DNA of 56,174 nt from positions 1-56,174 of the forward strand of contig CAMBSI010000003.1 of assembly GCA_945870555.1 (NCBI GenBank), given 5' to 3'. The first letter of the stretch is position 1. Every line of letters starts with the position of its first letter. Shown here piece by piece: positions 17,937-30,079 of the stretch. Below the pieces are notes generated by a model, which made no database searches, was not told the origin of the DNA, and saw only the letters and a list, made by a program, of their open reading frames with translations. The position numbers and the translations under genes were made by a program. The stretch is from Staphylococcus epidermidis. GTDB lineage: Bacteria; Bacillota_I; Bacilli_A; RFN20; CAG-826.

Positions 17937-20258
17937 GTGGACGTCTATCTTTCCGTTCATGATTTAGTGGACTTCGTTTTAAGAACCGGTGACTTAGATG
18001 GTCGAATTTTTAATCGTTCCACGATGCAAACTGGCACAGAGATGCATCAACGTTACCAAAAACAGACCATCATTCCAGGTTATCAACGTGAAGTCTTATT
18101 ACAAGGTGATTTCCAATATCAAGACATCACGTTTCATGTCACCGGAAGAGCAGATGGTTTGTTTGAACGCGATGGTAAAGTCATCATCGAAGAAATTAAA
18201 ACCACGATTGCCGACTTGAAAACGTTTCATGAGCAACATGAAACGTGGCATATGATGCAAGGACTACTTTACGGATACATGTATGCAAGCATTCACCAAT
18301 TGCCATCCATGGATGTCAAACTCATATATCTTCATCAAATCAACGAAGAGCGCATGGATAAAAGCTATTCCTTTTCAATGGAAGAAGCAAAAAAAGATAT
18401 TCAAGCGGTGATTGATGAATATGGAGAATTTTATCAAATCATTCAAGCGCAACAACTGGCCGTAAAAAAAGCGTTACCGCAGCTCCAATTTCCCTTTCAA
18501 ACCTTTCGCCAAGGGCAACGAGATTTAGCCAAGTATGTGTATGGCATTAGCCAAAAAGGTGGGCGGTTATTTGTTGAAGCACCCACCGGGATTGGCAAAA
18601 CCATGTCGACCTTATTTCCGATGATCAAAGGTTTATACACCCATCATGAAAAAGTCTTTTATTTTACGGCTAAAAATTCGGGAAAAATAGCAGCGATTGA
18701 AGCTCTAGAAAAACTAAGAGCCCAAGGCGTTCCGATTCGATATGTGGTCATCACCGCAAAAGATAAAATCAGTTTTTGTCCAAAAGGAAAAATCAATCCG
18801 GATGATTGCCTATATGCCCGTGGGTATTTTGACAAAGTAAAAGATGTGATTATCGACGGCCTTAAAAATTATCAAGCGTTTCAACCTTCCACGATTGAAG
18901 CCTTAGCAGAAAAACATCAAGTGGAACCTTTTGAATTAAGTTTAGATTTATCGCTCTATGTGGATGTTGTGATTGCCGATTACAATTATCTATTTGATCC
19001 AAATGCTTATCTTCGCCGTTTCTTTGAGGATGTGCAGCATCCATACGCCGTATTGATTGATGAGGCCCATAATCTTGTTGAACGTGGACGCGATATGTAT
19101 TCAGCTACGTTGACAGACCAAATCTTTCAGCAACTTGATAAAGGGACTAAAAAAGGTAGTTCAAAACCATTTCGGCAACGTGTCGTTCGCTTAACCAAAC
19201 AATGGCAAACGTTGATGGAACCAATTCAAACTCCGCAACGGATTCAAGTCGATGAGACATTTATCAATCAGTTGGATAAATTTTTGACGGAAGCACAAGT
19301 TGAAATGCGAACCAAACGAAAGTCTTTATCGGACGAAGCGATGGATAGTTACTTTAAAATCTTACGGTTTTTTCGACTTCGCGAATTAACCGGTGACCAT
19401 TATCGCGATTGGGCGAATCAAGAAGGGTCTGATCATCAACTCCATTTTGAATGCTTAGATGCATCGCGATACCTGAAAGCGATGACAGAAAAAATTCATA
19501 GTGTTGTCTTTTTCTCTGCGACGCTAGCGCCACTCAATTACTACTTACCGATGCTTGGGGCAACCGACAAAGATGTGCAATTTATCTTACCGTCACCATT
19601 TCCTCGTGAACACTTTAAAGTCCTCATGGCAAGTAAGATATCGACCACCCTCAAAAACAGAAATAAAACGTATTTAGAGATTGCACTTTATATTGAAAAA
19701 TTAGTGGAAAATAAATTAGGAAACTATCTTATCTTCTTTCCTTCGTACCAGTACCTAGATGATGTGAAGCAACACTTACGTTTTTCTAAAGAGGCACTCG
19801 TTTTAACCCAAACCAAAGAAATGACGCTGCAAGATCGTGAAGGTTTTTTGAATCAATTTACGCATATGCCAAAACAAACGACAGTCGGCCTAGCGGTTTT
19901 GGGTGGGGTTTTCTCCGAAGGTATTGATTTGGTCGGTGATCGTCTGATTGGGGTTGGTATTGTTAGTGTGGGATTACCTCAGTTATCTTTTGCCCGTGAC
20001 CTGATGGTGGAATACCAAACGTCAAAAGGTCATCAAGGATTTGATTTTGCTTATGTCTATCCTGCCATCAATAAAGTCCTTCAGGCGATGGGTCGTGTGA
20101 TTCGATCAGAAAAAGACCGCGGGGTCGCTTTATTGTTAGATGAACGATTTTTAAGAGAAGAATATGGTGCAATTCAACAACGATATTCACAATATGAAGT
20201 AGTCCATTCACCCGATGAGGTTGAAGAGGCATTGGCCGATTTCTTTCGTAAAGACTAG
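17937..20258 (+). CDS. DinG/Rad3 (XPD)-family helicase with N-terminal PD-(D/E)xK nuclease domain
   Basis: N-terminus GTEMHQ..GRADGL..IEEIKT; helicase motifs APTGIGKT, DYNY.FDP, DEAHN, FSATL, FFPSY, EGID, QAMGRVIRS. Confidence 0.9.
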   Translation: MDVYLSVHDLVDFVLRTGDLDGRIFNRSTMQTGTEMHQRYQKQTIIPGYQREVLLQGDFQYQDITFHVTGRADGLFERDGKVIIEEIKTTIADLKTFHEQHETWHMMQGLLYGYMYASIHQLPSMDVKLIYLHQINEERMDKSYSFSMEEAKKDIQAVIDEYGEFYQIIQAQQLAVKKALPQLQFPFQTFRQGQRDLAKYVYGISQKGGRLFVEAPTGIGKTMSTLFPMIKGLYTHHEKVFYFTAKNSGKIAAIEALEKLRAQGVPIRYVVITAKDKISFCPKGKINPDDCLYARGYFDKVKDVIIDGLKNYQAFQPSTIEALAEKHQVEPFELSLDLSLYVDVVIADYNYLFDPNAYLRRFFEDVQHPYAVLIDEAHNLVERGRDMYSATLTDQIFQQLDKGTKKGSSKPFRQRVVRLTKQWQTLMEPIQTPQRIQVDETFINQLDKFLTEAQVEMRTKRKSLSDEAMDSYFKILRFFRLRELTGDHYRDWANQEGSDHQLHFECLDASRYLKAMTEKIHSVVFFSATLAPLNYYLPMLGATDKDVQFILPSPFPREHFKVLMASKISTTLKNRNKTYLEIALYIEKLVENKLGNYLIFFPSYQYLDDVKQHLRFSKEALVLTQTKEMTLQDREGFLNQFTHMPKQTTVGLAVLGGVFSEGIDLVGDRLIGVGIVSVGLPQLSFARDLMVEYQTSKGHQGFDFAYVYPAINKVLQAMGRVIRSEKDRGVALLLDERFLREEYGAIQQRYSQYEVVHSPDEVEEALADFFRKD

Positions 20259-20300
20259 TAGCATTCAGGGGGAATTATCGGTATGATAATAACGTGATTT

Positions 20301-22106
20301 ATGACATACGACATTAAAAAAATACGTAATTTCTCCATCATTGCGCATATTGACCATGGCAAATCGACATTGGCCGATCGAATTTTGGAATTAACCGGTG
20401 CTGTGAGCAAACGAGAAATGAAAGAACAAATGCTAGATTCCATGGATCTCGAACGTGAACGTGGCATTACCATCAAGTTAACGACTGTAACTTTGCAATA
20501 TAAGTCTCGTGATGGCCAAGAATACACCTTTAATCTCATCGACACCCCAGGGCATGTCGACTTTACCTATGAAGTGTCGCGGTCATTAGCGGCATGTGAA
20601 GGGGCGTTATTAGTCGTGGATGCTTCTCAAGGGGTTGAAGCTCAAACCTTAGCGAATGTGTATTTGGCGGTAGACAACAATCTATGGATCATTCCTTTAA
20701 TTAACAAGGTTGATTTGCCTCAATCGGATCCAGCAAAAGTCAAACTTGAAATTAAAAGACGAATTGGTTTAGATGCAGCGGATGCTTTAGAAATTTCTGG
20801 TAAAACTGGAAAAAATGTCTTAGAAGTGTTGGAAAAAATTATCGTTGAAATTCCCCCACCAGAAGGTGATTACAATGCGCCTTTAAAAGCGCTTATTTTT
20901 GATTCTTTTTATGATGCTTATCGTGGTGTGGTTGCCTTAATTCGTATCAAAGAAGGACATGTCAAAGTCGGAGATTATATTCTCTTGATGGCGTCAGGTC
21001 ATGTCTATCAAGTTACGGAATTGGGCATTTTTCGTCCTCATCAAGAAAAAAAGGATGAATTAGCATCCGGTGAAGTCGGTTATTTGGCGGCGCAAATCAA
21101 AGAGATCAAAGATGTGCGTTCTGGCGAAACCATTACCCTAAGAGACCATGCAGCCACCGAGGCATTACCAGGATATCGTGATTTAAACCCAATGGTTTTC
21201 TGCGGTTTGTTTCCGGTTGATGGTAAAGAGTACCGAGACCTCAAGGACGCATTAGGAAAATTAGCATTAAGCGATGCGAGTTTAAAATTTGAACCAGAAA
21301 CCTCACAAGCTTTAGGCTTTGGCTATCGTTGTGGTTTCTTAGGTTTACTCCATATGGATGTCATCCAAGAACGTTTAGAACGAGAATACAACTTGAATTT
21401 AATCTTAACTGCACCCAGTGTGGTTTACCATGTTCATCTCCACAACGGAGAGATGATCTTGTTAGATAATCCAAACAAATTACCGCAGCTCACGACGATT
21501 AAAGAAATCAGTGAACCTTATGTAAAAGCGACCATTACAACACCAAAAGAATACGTTGGACCATTAATGGAACTTTGCCAAAATCGCCGGGGTATTTATA
21601 CCGAACTTGAATATGTCGATGAAACCCGGATGACCTTACGTTATGAAATCCCTTTAGCAGAAATTGTGTATAACTTTTTTGATAAACTCAAAAGCTTATC
21701 AAAAGGTTATGCTTCTTTTGATTATGTCTTGTCAGATTATAAAGTTGGAAACCTCGCAAAAATGGACATCCTCCTCAATGCCGAAATCATCGATGCGCTT
21801 TCGACGATTGTCCATAAACCATCAGCCTATAATCGGGGAAACTTTATTGTTGAAAAATTGAAAACGATTATCCCACGGCAACAATTTGAAATACCGATTC
21901 AGGCAGCCATCAATGGAAAAGTGATTGCCCGGACGGATATCAAAGCCGTTCGTAAAGATGTTTTAGCCAAGTGTTATGGTGGGGATATTTCCCGTAAACG
22001 TAAATTACTCGATAAGCAAAAAGAAGGCAAGAAGCGAATGAAAAACATCGGTTCAGTTGAAGTACCTCAAGAAGCTTTCATGACGGTTTTATCGATCGAC
22101 GATTGA
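20301..22106 (+). CDS. lepA: Elongation factor 4
   Basis: [41 protein letters not shown]. Confidence 0.99.
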   Translation: MTYDIKKIRNFSIIAHIDHGKSTLADRILELTGAVSKREMKEQMLDSMDLERERGITIKLTTVTLQYKSRDGQEYTFNLIDTPGHVDFTYEVSRSLAACEGALLVVDASQGVEAQTLANVYLAVDNNLWIIPLINKVDLPQSDPAKVKLEIKRRIGLDAADALEISGKTGKNVLEVLEKIIVEIPPPEGDYNAPLKALIFDSFYDAYRGVVALIRIKEGHVKVGDYILLMASGHVYQVTELGIFRPHQEKKDELASGEVGYLAAQIKEIKDVRSGETITLRDHAATEALPGYRDLNPMVFCGLFPVDGKEYRDLKDALGKLALSDASLKFEPETSQALGFGYRCGFLGLLHMDVIQERLEREYNLNLILTAPSVVYHVHLHNGEMILLDNPNKLPQLTTIKEISEPYVKATITTPKEYVGPLMELCQNRRGIYTELEYVDETRMTLRYEIPLAEIVYNFFDKLKSLSKGYASFDYVLSDYKVGNLAKMDILLNAEIIDALSTIVHKPSAYNRGNFIVEKLKTIIPRQQFEIPIQAAINGKVIARTDIKAVRKDVLAKCYGGDISRKRKLLDKQKEGKKRMKNIGSVEVPQEAFMTVLSIDD

Positions 22107-22116
22107 ACTTGTTTTA

Positions 22117-22138
22117 ATCTACTAAATATCTACTACTT
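22117..22138 (+). promoter_or_regulatory. Site A of the 11-bp-period CTACTA direct repeat; overlaps the -35 position of an extended -10 promoter (TGgTATATT, 22151-22159)
   Basis: ATCTACTAAAT|ATCTACTACTT; near-identical elements at 37922-37954 and 54786-54807. Confidence 0.7.
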
Positions 22139-22174
22139 TTTCAAATTTTATGGTATATTTTAACAAGTTTAATT

Positions 22175-23506
22175 ATGGCAATTAATGATTTAGCCATCCG
22201 CTTTACGGATGAACAATATGCAACCAAACAAGATGTCGCAAAGACCCTTGGAACCGCGGTTGTCGATGCATTGTGGGGAACCATTCTTCAGTATCGTGCT
22301 ACGTTTGCGCGGATCTTACCGCTACAAGCAATGGATAAGCAACCCTTGCAAATCGTATTGACCCCTAGTTTGTTAGAGAAAGTCATGGCCTTTGATCGAA
22401 AAATGTCAAAAGCCGTCAGTCTCTTCAATTATCATCAAATTCAAAACAAAATTGCTTCCCCGTTTTATCCATTATTGTTACCAATTCTTGCAAGTGTAGG
22501 TAAGCAATATGGCGCGTCGACCGCCGAACGAAATTTAATGTATATTCTCGAAGGTAAAGCGGTCGAAAGAAAGGCCGAATTATCATCCGTTAATCAGTAT
22601 TTTCGTGGGATTGATTTGATTGCGGCAAGACGCCAAACCAAACTCGACGAGGACTTAATGGGTGACTTGCTTATGTTACTCAATCAAACACAAGAGTTAA
22701 CGATGTTTTATCGAGAAAAAGAGTTAACCAACCGGCCCAAAAGTTTAGTGGCCAGGGTTTACGAAGCTGCACCGTATCCTTTAATTGAACCGATGATGAA
22801 GACGTTATTGCAAACCGTCAACCAAATGACCTTGTCACCATTGGTGATTGCCACGATAGCTTTATATTATCTTGATTACATCAAACCATTTGAAACCTTT
22901 AATGATGAAATGAGTTTTCTATTATTTAAAAACATCTTAATCCATAGTGATTATGAGGCCGTTGCTTGCTACCTGAATATCGAACAATTTATGGACAATG
23001 AAGCTTACGAAAAGTGTATGTTAGAGGTTCAACGCACACGCGACATCACTTATTTATTGGACTTCATGTTGCCTTTCATGTTAACGAGCGTGGAACAAAT
23101 TCTTGATCGATTGGTTGGTTTACAAAAACAGACCTTAATTGCAGAACAAAAACAACCTCAACCTACCCTTGCTTCGTTTCCAGTCCCGGCTGCATTACCA
23201 AAAGAAACCACGGCGTTTTCTGCAAGTGAGTCCACCATTGGTGAGGTAGAATCGAATCGCTTGCAACAACATTTGATTGAAACCCACCCGAGTATGAAAA
23301 AAGGTGAAGCGTTCTTCTATGCCCGGCACCATACGGTTGGAAAATATTACACGCTTTCACAATACAAGCAACAACTGTCCTGTGCTTATGAAACGGCACG
23401 AACTTCAATGGAACATTTGGTTCAATTAGGTTATTATCGTAAAGAGAAGTATAAAAATAAATACGTTTATACACCTGTTGACTTAAAAGGAGCAACCCAT
23501 GATTAA
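22175..23506 (+). CDS. Fic-like protein with degenerate catalytic motif and C-terminal winged-helix-like domain
   Basis: IKPFETFNDEMSFLL occupies the position of the Fic signature HPFxDGNGRxxR, preceded by the typical helical 'P.LVIATIALYYLDY' segment; C-terminus YTLSQYKQQLSCAYETARTSMEHLVQLGYYRKEKYKNKYVY has an HTH-plus-wing pattern. Confidence 0.6.
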   Translation: MAINDLAIRFTDEQYATKQDVAKTLGTAVVDALWGTILQYRATFARILPLQAMDKQPLQIVLTPSLLEKVMAFDRKMSKAVSLFNYHQIQNKIASPFYPLLLPILASVGKQYGASTAERNLMYILEGKAVERKAELSSVNQYFRGIDLIAARRQTKLDEDLMGDLLMLLNQTQELTMFYREKELTNRPKSLVARVYEAAPYPLIEPMMKTLLQTVNQMTLSPLVIATIALYYLDYIKPFETFNDEMSFLLFKNILIHSDYEAVACYLNIEQFMDNEAYEKCMLEVQRTRDITYLLDFMLPFMLTSVEQILDRLVGLQKQTLIAEQKQPQPTLASFPVPAALPKETTAFSASESTIGEVESNRLQQHLIETHPSMKKGEAFFYARHHTVGKYYTLSQYKQQLSCAYETARTSMEHLVQLGYYRKEKYKNKYVYTPVDLKGATHD

Positions 23507-23825
23507 CATTTATAGTTCAATCCTTGAAAATCCGTTTGTAACGATTTTTTTATTGCTGGCCGTGTTTGGTCTCGTCGCCTTATTGGCAAGTTGGATTCGC
23601 AAACTGATTTGGCCAAATCAAAAGGATAGTGCTGTCATCGATCCTAAAAAAGCGGTTCAAGAAGAACTTGATCGCGTTTTGGTTCCTTTAAATCAACCTT
23701 TAACGACCAAAAGCAATCCAGCATCTACATCCAATCCAAAACCAACTCGTAAAAAAGCAACCACTTCAACATCGAAAAAACCATTAGCAAAGAATGCCCG
23801 TAAACGTACCACCAAAGCATCCTAA
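23499..23825 (+). CDS. Small single-pass membrane protein with Lys/Thr-rich tail, unknown function
   Basis: AAAGGAG SD; hydrophobic residues 13-32; basic C-terminus; overlaps both neighbours. Confidence 0.75.
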   Translation: MINIYSSILENPFVTIFLLLAVFGLVALLASWIRKLIWPNQKDSAVIDPKKAVQEELDRVLVPLNQPLTTKSNPASTSNPKPTRKKATTSTSKKPLAKNARKRTTKAS

Positions 23826-24906
23826 GTCTTTATATGTTCACATTCCGTATTGTGACCATATTTGCCATTATTGTGATTTTACTAAAATGCTGACCAATCC
23901 TCTGCAAACCTCTTTTTATGTTGCCGAAGTTTTAAAAGAAATCGCAAGTTATGGTTCGCATCGTTATGAGACGATTTTTTTTGGTGGTGGTACCCCGACC
24001 GCACTTTCCTTAGAAGTTTTCAAAACATTATGTGAGGGCGTTTCATCATTCGCAGCGGTTGATGCTGAATGGTCGGTTGAATGTAATGTGGAATCGACGA
24101 CCCCTGAAAAGCTAGCCGTCATGAAAGCCAACGGGGTCAATCGATTATCCTTTGGTGTGCAAACATTTCAAACAACCGCGCTTCAATCTTTAAACCGGCA
24201 CCATAACGCAGATGATGTTCGGAACACAATTGCCGAAGCAAAGCGCCAAGGCTTTAAACGCATCAATGTTGACTTAATATATGATTTACCAAAAGTCAGT
24301 GACGCCGATTTAAAAAAGGATCTTCAAGCATTTTTGTCGTTAGATGTTGACCATATTGCTGCCTATGCTTTAACCATCCATCCAAACACCGTGTTTGGTA
24401 TTCAAAAAGTAAAGCCAGCAACGGACGAGGTTTCCCGTGGACATTATGAAACCATTTATCAAACCTTAACGCAACATGGTTATGAACGCTATGAAGTGAG
24501 TAATTTTGCCCGTCATCAAGAATATGCAAAACATAATTTAACGTATTGGAGAAACCAAGAATACATCGGTTGTGGCCTTGGGGCGAGTGGGTATTATCAA
24601 AGCATCCGCTATACGAACACAAAAAACATGACAAAATACCTAAAAGGTATGCGCCGTGATGTTGAAGAAATCATCGATTTAAAAATGAAACGTTTTGAAT
24701 ATCTAATGTTAAATCTTCGACTTAAAGATGGTTTTTTATTATCTGAATACGAAAGTTTATTTGGCCAATCATTTGAAGTTGATCACCACAACACCTTACC
24801 AATGTTGTTAGAACGTCAATTGATAAAGATCGATCAAAATAGAGTTTTTTTATCCTTTGACGGCATGCTCTTATTAGATTATGTCGTCATTAAATTAACG
24901 GCATAA
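23794..24906 (+). CDS. hemW: Radical SAM heme chaperone HemW (HemN-like)
   Basis: LYVHIPYCDHICHYCDF, GGGTPT, YEVSNFA, HNLTYW; lepA-hemW-hrcA synteny. Confidence 0.93.
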   Translation: MPVNVPPKHPKSLYVHIPYCDHICHYCDFTKMLTNPLQTSFYVAEVLKEIASYGSHRYETIFFGGGTPTALSLEVFKTLCEGVSSFAAVDAEWSVECNVESTTPEKLAVMKANGVNRLSFGVQTFQTTALQSLNRHHNADDVRNTIAEAKRQGFKRINVDLIYDLPKVSDADLKKDLQAFLSLDVDHIAAYALTIHPNTVFGIQKVKPATDEVSRGHYETIYQTLTQHGYERYEVSNFARHQEYAKHNLTYWRNQEYIGCGLGASGYYQSIRYTNTKNMTKYLKGMRRDVEEIIDLKMKRFEYLMLNLRLKDGFLLSEYESLFGQSFEVDHHNTLPMLLERQLIKIDQNRVFLSFDGMLLLDYVVIKLTA

Positions 24907-24911
24907 ATTAT

Positions 24912-24938
24912 TTAGCACTTTATAATTGACAGTGCCAA
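24912..24938 (+). promoter_or_regulatory. CIRCE element 1 (HrcA operator) overlapping the -35
   Basis: TTAGCACTT-N9-CAGTGCCAA versus consensus TTAGCACTC-N9-GAGTGCTAA. Confidence 0.85.
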
Positions 24939-24953
24939 AAACCTTGTTATAAT
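24926..24953 (+). promoter_or_regulatory. Sigma-A promoter of the hrcA-grpE-dnaK-dnaJ operon
   Basis: TTGACA (24926-24931), 16 nt, TGn-TATAAT (24948-24953). Confidence 0.88.
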
Positions 24954-24957
24954 ATTT

Positions 24958-24984
24958 TTAGCACTCAATAGATATGAATGCTAA
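24958..24984 (+). promoter_or_regulatory. CIRCE element 2 overlapping the hrcA Shine-Dalgarno
   Basis: TTAGCACTC-N9-GAATGCTAA (one mismatch), running into AAGGAGG. Confidence 0.92.
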
Positions 24985-24995
24985 AGGAGGTTTAT

Positions 24996-26029
24996 ATGGA
25001 ACGCAACCGTCGTGATTTAATCTTAAAGCATCTCGTTGAGCATTTCATAAAAACCGCTTCTCCAGTTGGTTCTCATACATTAATCGATACCTATCAATTA
25101 CCTTTTTCATCTGCCACCATTCGTAATGAAATGTTAGCCCTTGAAACCGACGGACTCTTGGAAAAAACCCATACATCGAGTGGAAGAATTCCTTCGAGCA
25201 AAGGTTATCAATACTATGTTGAGCATCTACGAACCAAGAGTGTGGATGAACGAATCAAGCAACAATTACAAGTCATGCTCTCGCAAAAATCACAATCCGT
25301 TAATGACATCATTCAAAAAAGTTCCGAGATCCTTTCTAACATGACCAAGCTTGCATCGGTCGTGCTCGGTCCTAACGCAAAACAAGAAAAACTGATGAGC
25401 ATTCAAGTGACGCCACTTGATAACAATTCAGCTACCGCCGTCTTTATCACGGATTCAGGATATGTTGAAAATAAAACCTTTGTCTTACCTAAAAAGATTG
25501 ATAAAGAAGCGTTAGCAAACTGTATGGACTTGATTAACAAACGTTTAAAAGGAACACCGGTATCAGAACTTTCGGAAAAAATGAACGCCATCCGACCAAT
25601 CCTCGAAGACTTTATCACCGAACACGATGTTGTCTATCAAGCCTTTTCTCAAGCATTCATAAACTTTGCAAGTGAACGCTTAAAGCTCTACGGTAAAGAT
25701 TCCTTATTTAATCAACCTGAATTTGCTCACGATGGTGATAAATTAAGAAAGATTTTAACCTTGCTTGAATCCCCGAGTTTACTGAAGGACTTTACAAAGT
25801 CAAAAGAGGACCTTTCTATTTCCATCGGCCAAAATTCACAGAATCAAGATTTATCAATTGTCTCAAGTAAATTCAAACTTCCAGGGGAAAAAGAAAATCG
25901 GATCGCACTTGTTGGCCCGACGAGAATGGATTACGATCGAGCGCTCTCTGCCTTAGAATATGTCACTCAAATGCTTGAAAAATACTTTGAAAAGAATCAA
26001 GAAAAGGAAACCAAGGAGGTCAAAGGAAA

Positions 26030-26033
<4 letters not shown>
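24996..26033 (+). CDS. hrcA: Heat-inducible transcription repressor
   Basis: PVGS, SSATIRNEM, LEKTHTSSGRIPS.KGYQYYV, GPTRMDY; start moved to ATG 24996 behind AAGGAGG. Confidence 0.97.
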
Positions 26034-28503
<2,470 letters not shown>

Positions 28504-28510
28504 GTAGTTC

Positions 28511-29647
28511 ATGGCCAACAAACGAGATTTATATGAGGTCCTAGGCATTAGCAAAAGTGCCAGTAAGGATGACATCAAAGCAGCGTATCGTAAGCTTGCA
28601 AAACAATATCATCCGGATCTCAATAAAGCCCCGGATGCAGAAAAGAAATTTAAAGAAGTGCAAGAAGCTTACGATATCCTCTACGATGATCAAAAACGCT
28701 CATCGTATGACCAATTTGGTCATGCCGCCTTTGATCAACAAGCAGGTGGCAATCCTTTCCAAGGCGGAGGCTTTGGAGGTTTTTCTGGTTTCCAAGATGT
28801 TGATTTAGGAGATATTTTTGGTTCATTCTTTGGTGGAAACGGTCAACGTCGAACTCGTCAAGCAAGTGGTCCTCAACGTGGTGCGGATACACAAATGCGT
28901 TTACGCATTGATTTTATGGACGCAATCAACGGTAAAAAATTGACGATACCCATTCAATATGATGAAAGCTGTATAACCTGTGCTGGTAGTGGCGCACGCT
29001 CGGCAAGTGATCTAGAAACTTGTCGCCAATGTGGTGGTTCTGGACGTCAACGCGTCAGGCAACGAACGATTTTGGGGATGATGGAAACAGAAGCCATCTG
29101 TGATAACTGCCAAGGCCGTGGTAAGAAAATCAAGAGTGTATGTACCACTTGCCAAGGCAAAGGATTTAATCATACGAAGCATGATATTGAAGTTAATATA
29201 CCTGCAGGAATCAACGCTGGTCAGCAAATTCGCCTTTCTGGAAAAGGTGAACGCGGAGACTTGGGTGGCCCAAATGGTGATCTATATTTAGAAGTCGCCA
29301 TCAATAAGCATCCTCACTTTACGAGGGAAGGCAATGATATCCATTTAGAAATTCCCATTTCTTTTGTCGATGCAACCCTTGGGGTGACGATTGATGTTCC
29401 CACCGTATATGGTGACGTCTCCCTTGTGATACCCTCTGGAACTCAACCCGATAAGGTCCTAAAAGTCAAAGGCAGAGGGGTAAAAGATTTAAGAGGACAA
29501 ACCCCAGGTGATCAATACCTTCACATCAAAATTGAGACACCAACGCAATTAAGTAAAAAACAAAAAGAACTATTAGAAAACTTTAGAGAAGAAGATCGCC
29601 AACAAGATTCAAGTTATAAAAAATTTAAGAAGTTCTTTCGAAATTAA
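28511..29647 (+). CDS. dnaJ: Chaperone DnaJ
   Basis: J-domain HPD, G/F region, four CxxCxGxG repeats. Confidence 0.99.
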   Translation: MANKRDLYEVLGISKSASKDDIKAAYRKLAKQYHPDLNKAPDAEKKFKEVQEAYDILYDDQKRSSYDQFGHAAFDQQAGGNPFQGGGFGGFSGFQDVDLGDIFGSFFGGNGQRRTRQASGPQRGADTQMRLRIDFMDAINGKKLTIPIQYDESCITCAGSGARSASDLETCRQCGGSGRQRVRQRTILGMMETEAICDNCQGRGKKIKSVCTTCQGKGFNHTKHDIEVNIPAGINAGQQIRLSGKGERGDLGGPNGDLYLEVAINKHPHFTREGNDIHLEIPISFVDATLGVTIDVPTVYGDVSLVIPSGTQPDKVLKVKGRGVKDLRGQTPGDQYLHIKIETPTQLSKKQKELLENFREEDRQQDSSYKKFKKFFRN

Positions 29648-29661
29648 TTTATAATAGAGGC

Positions 29662-30078
29662 ATGACCAAAACTTGCCGCAAATGCGGAACTGCATTTAGT
29701 GATGACTTAAAAACATGTCCGGTTTGTAAAACCGCGATTATTTTTGATAAACAAGAACAACCCGTTTCCAACGTCACCGCAAGTTATGCATCCCTACGAG
29801 ATCAATTGGAATTGGTTTCTTTAAAATCGAGAACAATCGCAAGTATTTTCTTCTTTTTCTTAGGATTTTTAGGATTGGGTTGGTATTACTTAGGTTTCAA
29901 AAAGCGAGCATTGCTCAACCTGAGTTTCGTCATCATGACCTTTATTTTATTTTGGACATTATGGTCCACGCAAATGTTTTATCCATTCTTAGGATGGTTT
30001 ATCTTTCAGACCGTGATTGCTTTATATTATTTATTCAATCCTGATGCAAAAGATGCTCGGGGTGAATTATTAAAGTAG
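29662..30078 (+). CDS. Zinc-ribbon + TM2-domain membrane protein
   Basis: CRKC..CPVC followed by KSRTIASIFFFFLGFLGLGWYYLG (TM2-like). Confidence 0.75.
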   Translation: MTKTCRKCGTAFSDDLKTCPVCKTAIIFDKQEQPVSNVTASYASLRDQLELVSLKSRTIASIFFFFLGFLGLGWYYLGFKKRALLNLSFVIMTFILFWTLWSTQMFYPFLGWFIFQTVIALYYLFNPDAKDARGELLK

Positions 30079-30079
30079 T

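Noticed and set aside
17937-18300. Cas4/DinG as part of a type IV CRISPR or other defence system
   Set aside because: No cas genes or array nearby; flanked by fmt and lepA; the architecture matches a stand-alone repair-type nuclease-helicase.
20256-20261. Single TAGTAG/CTACTA hexamers at 20256, 36495 and 56080 as extra copies of the repeat motif
   Set aside because: No second unit at 11-bp spacing; two are tandem stop codons and one is inside xerD coding sequence.
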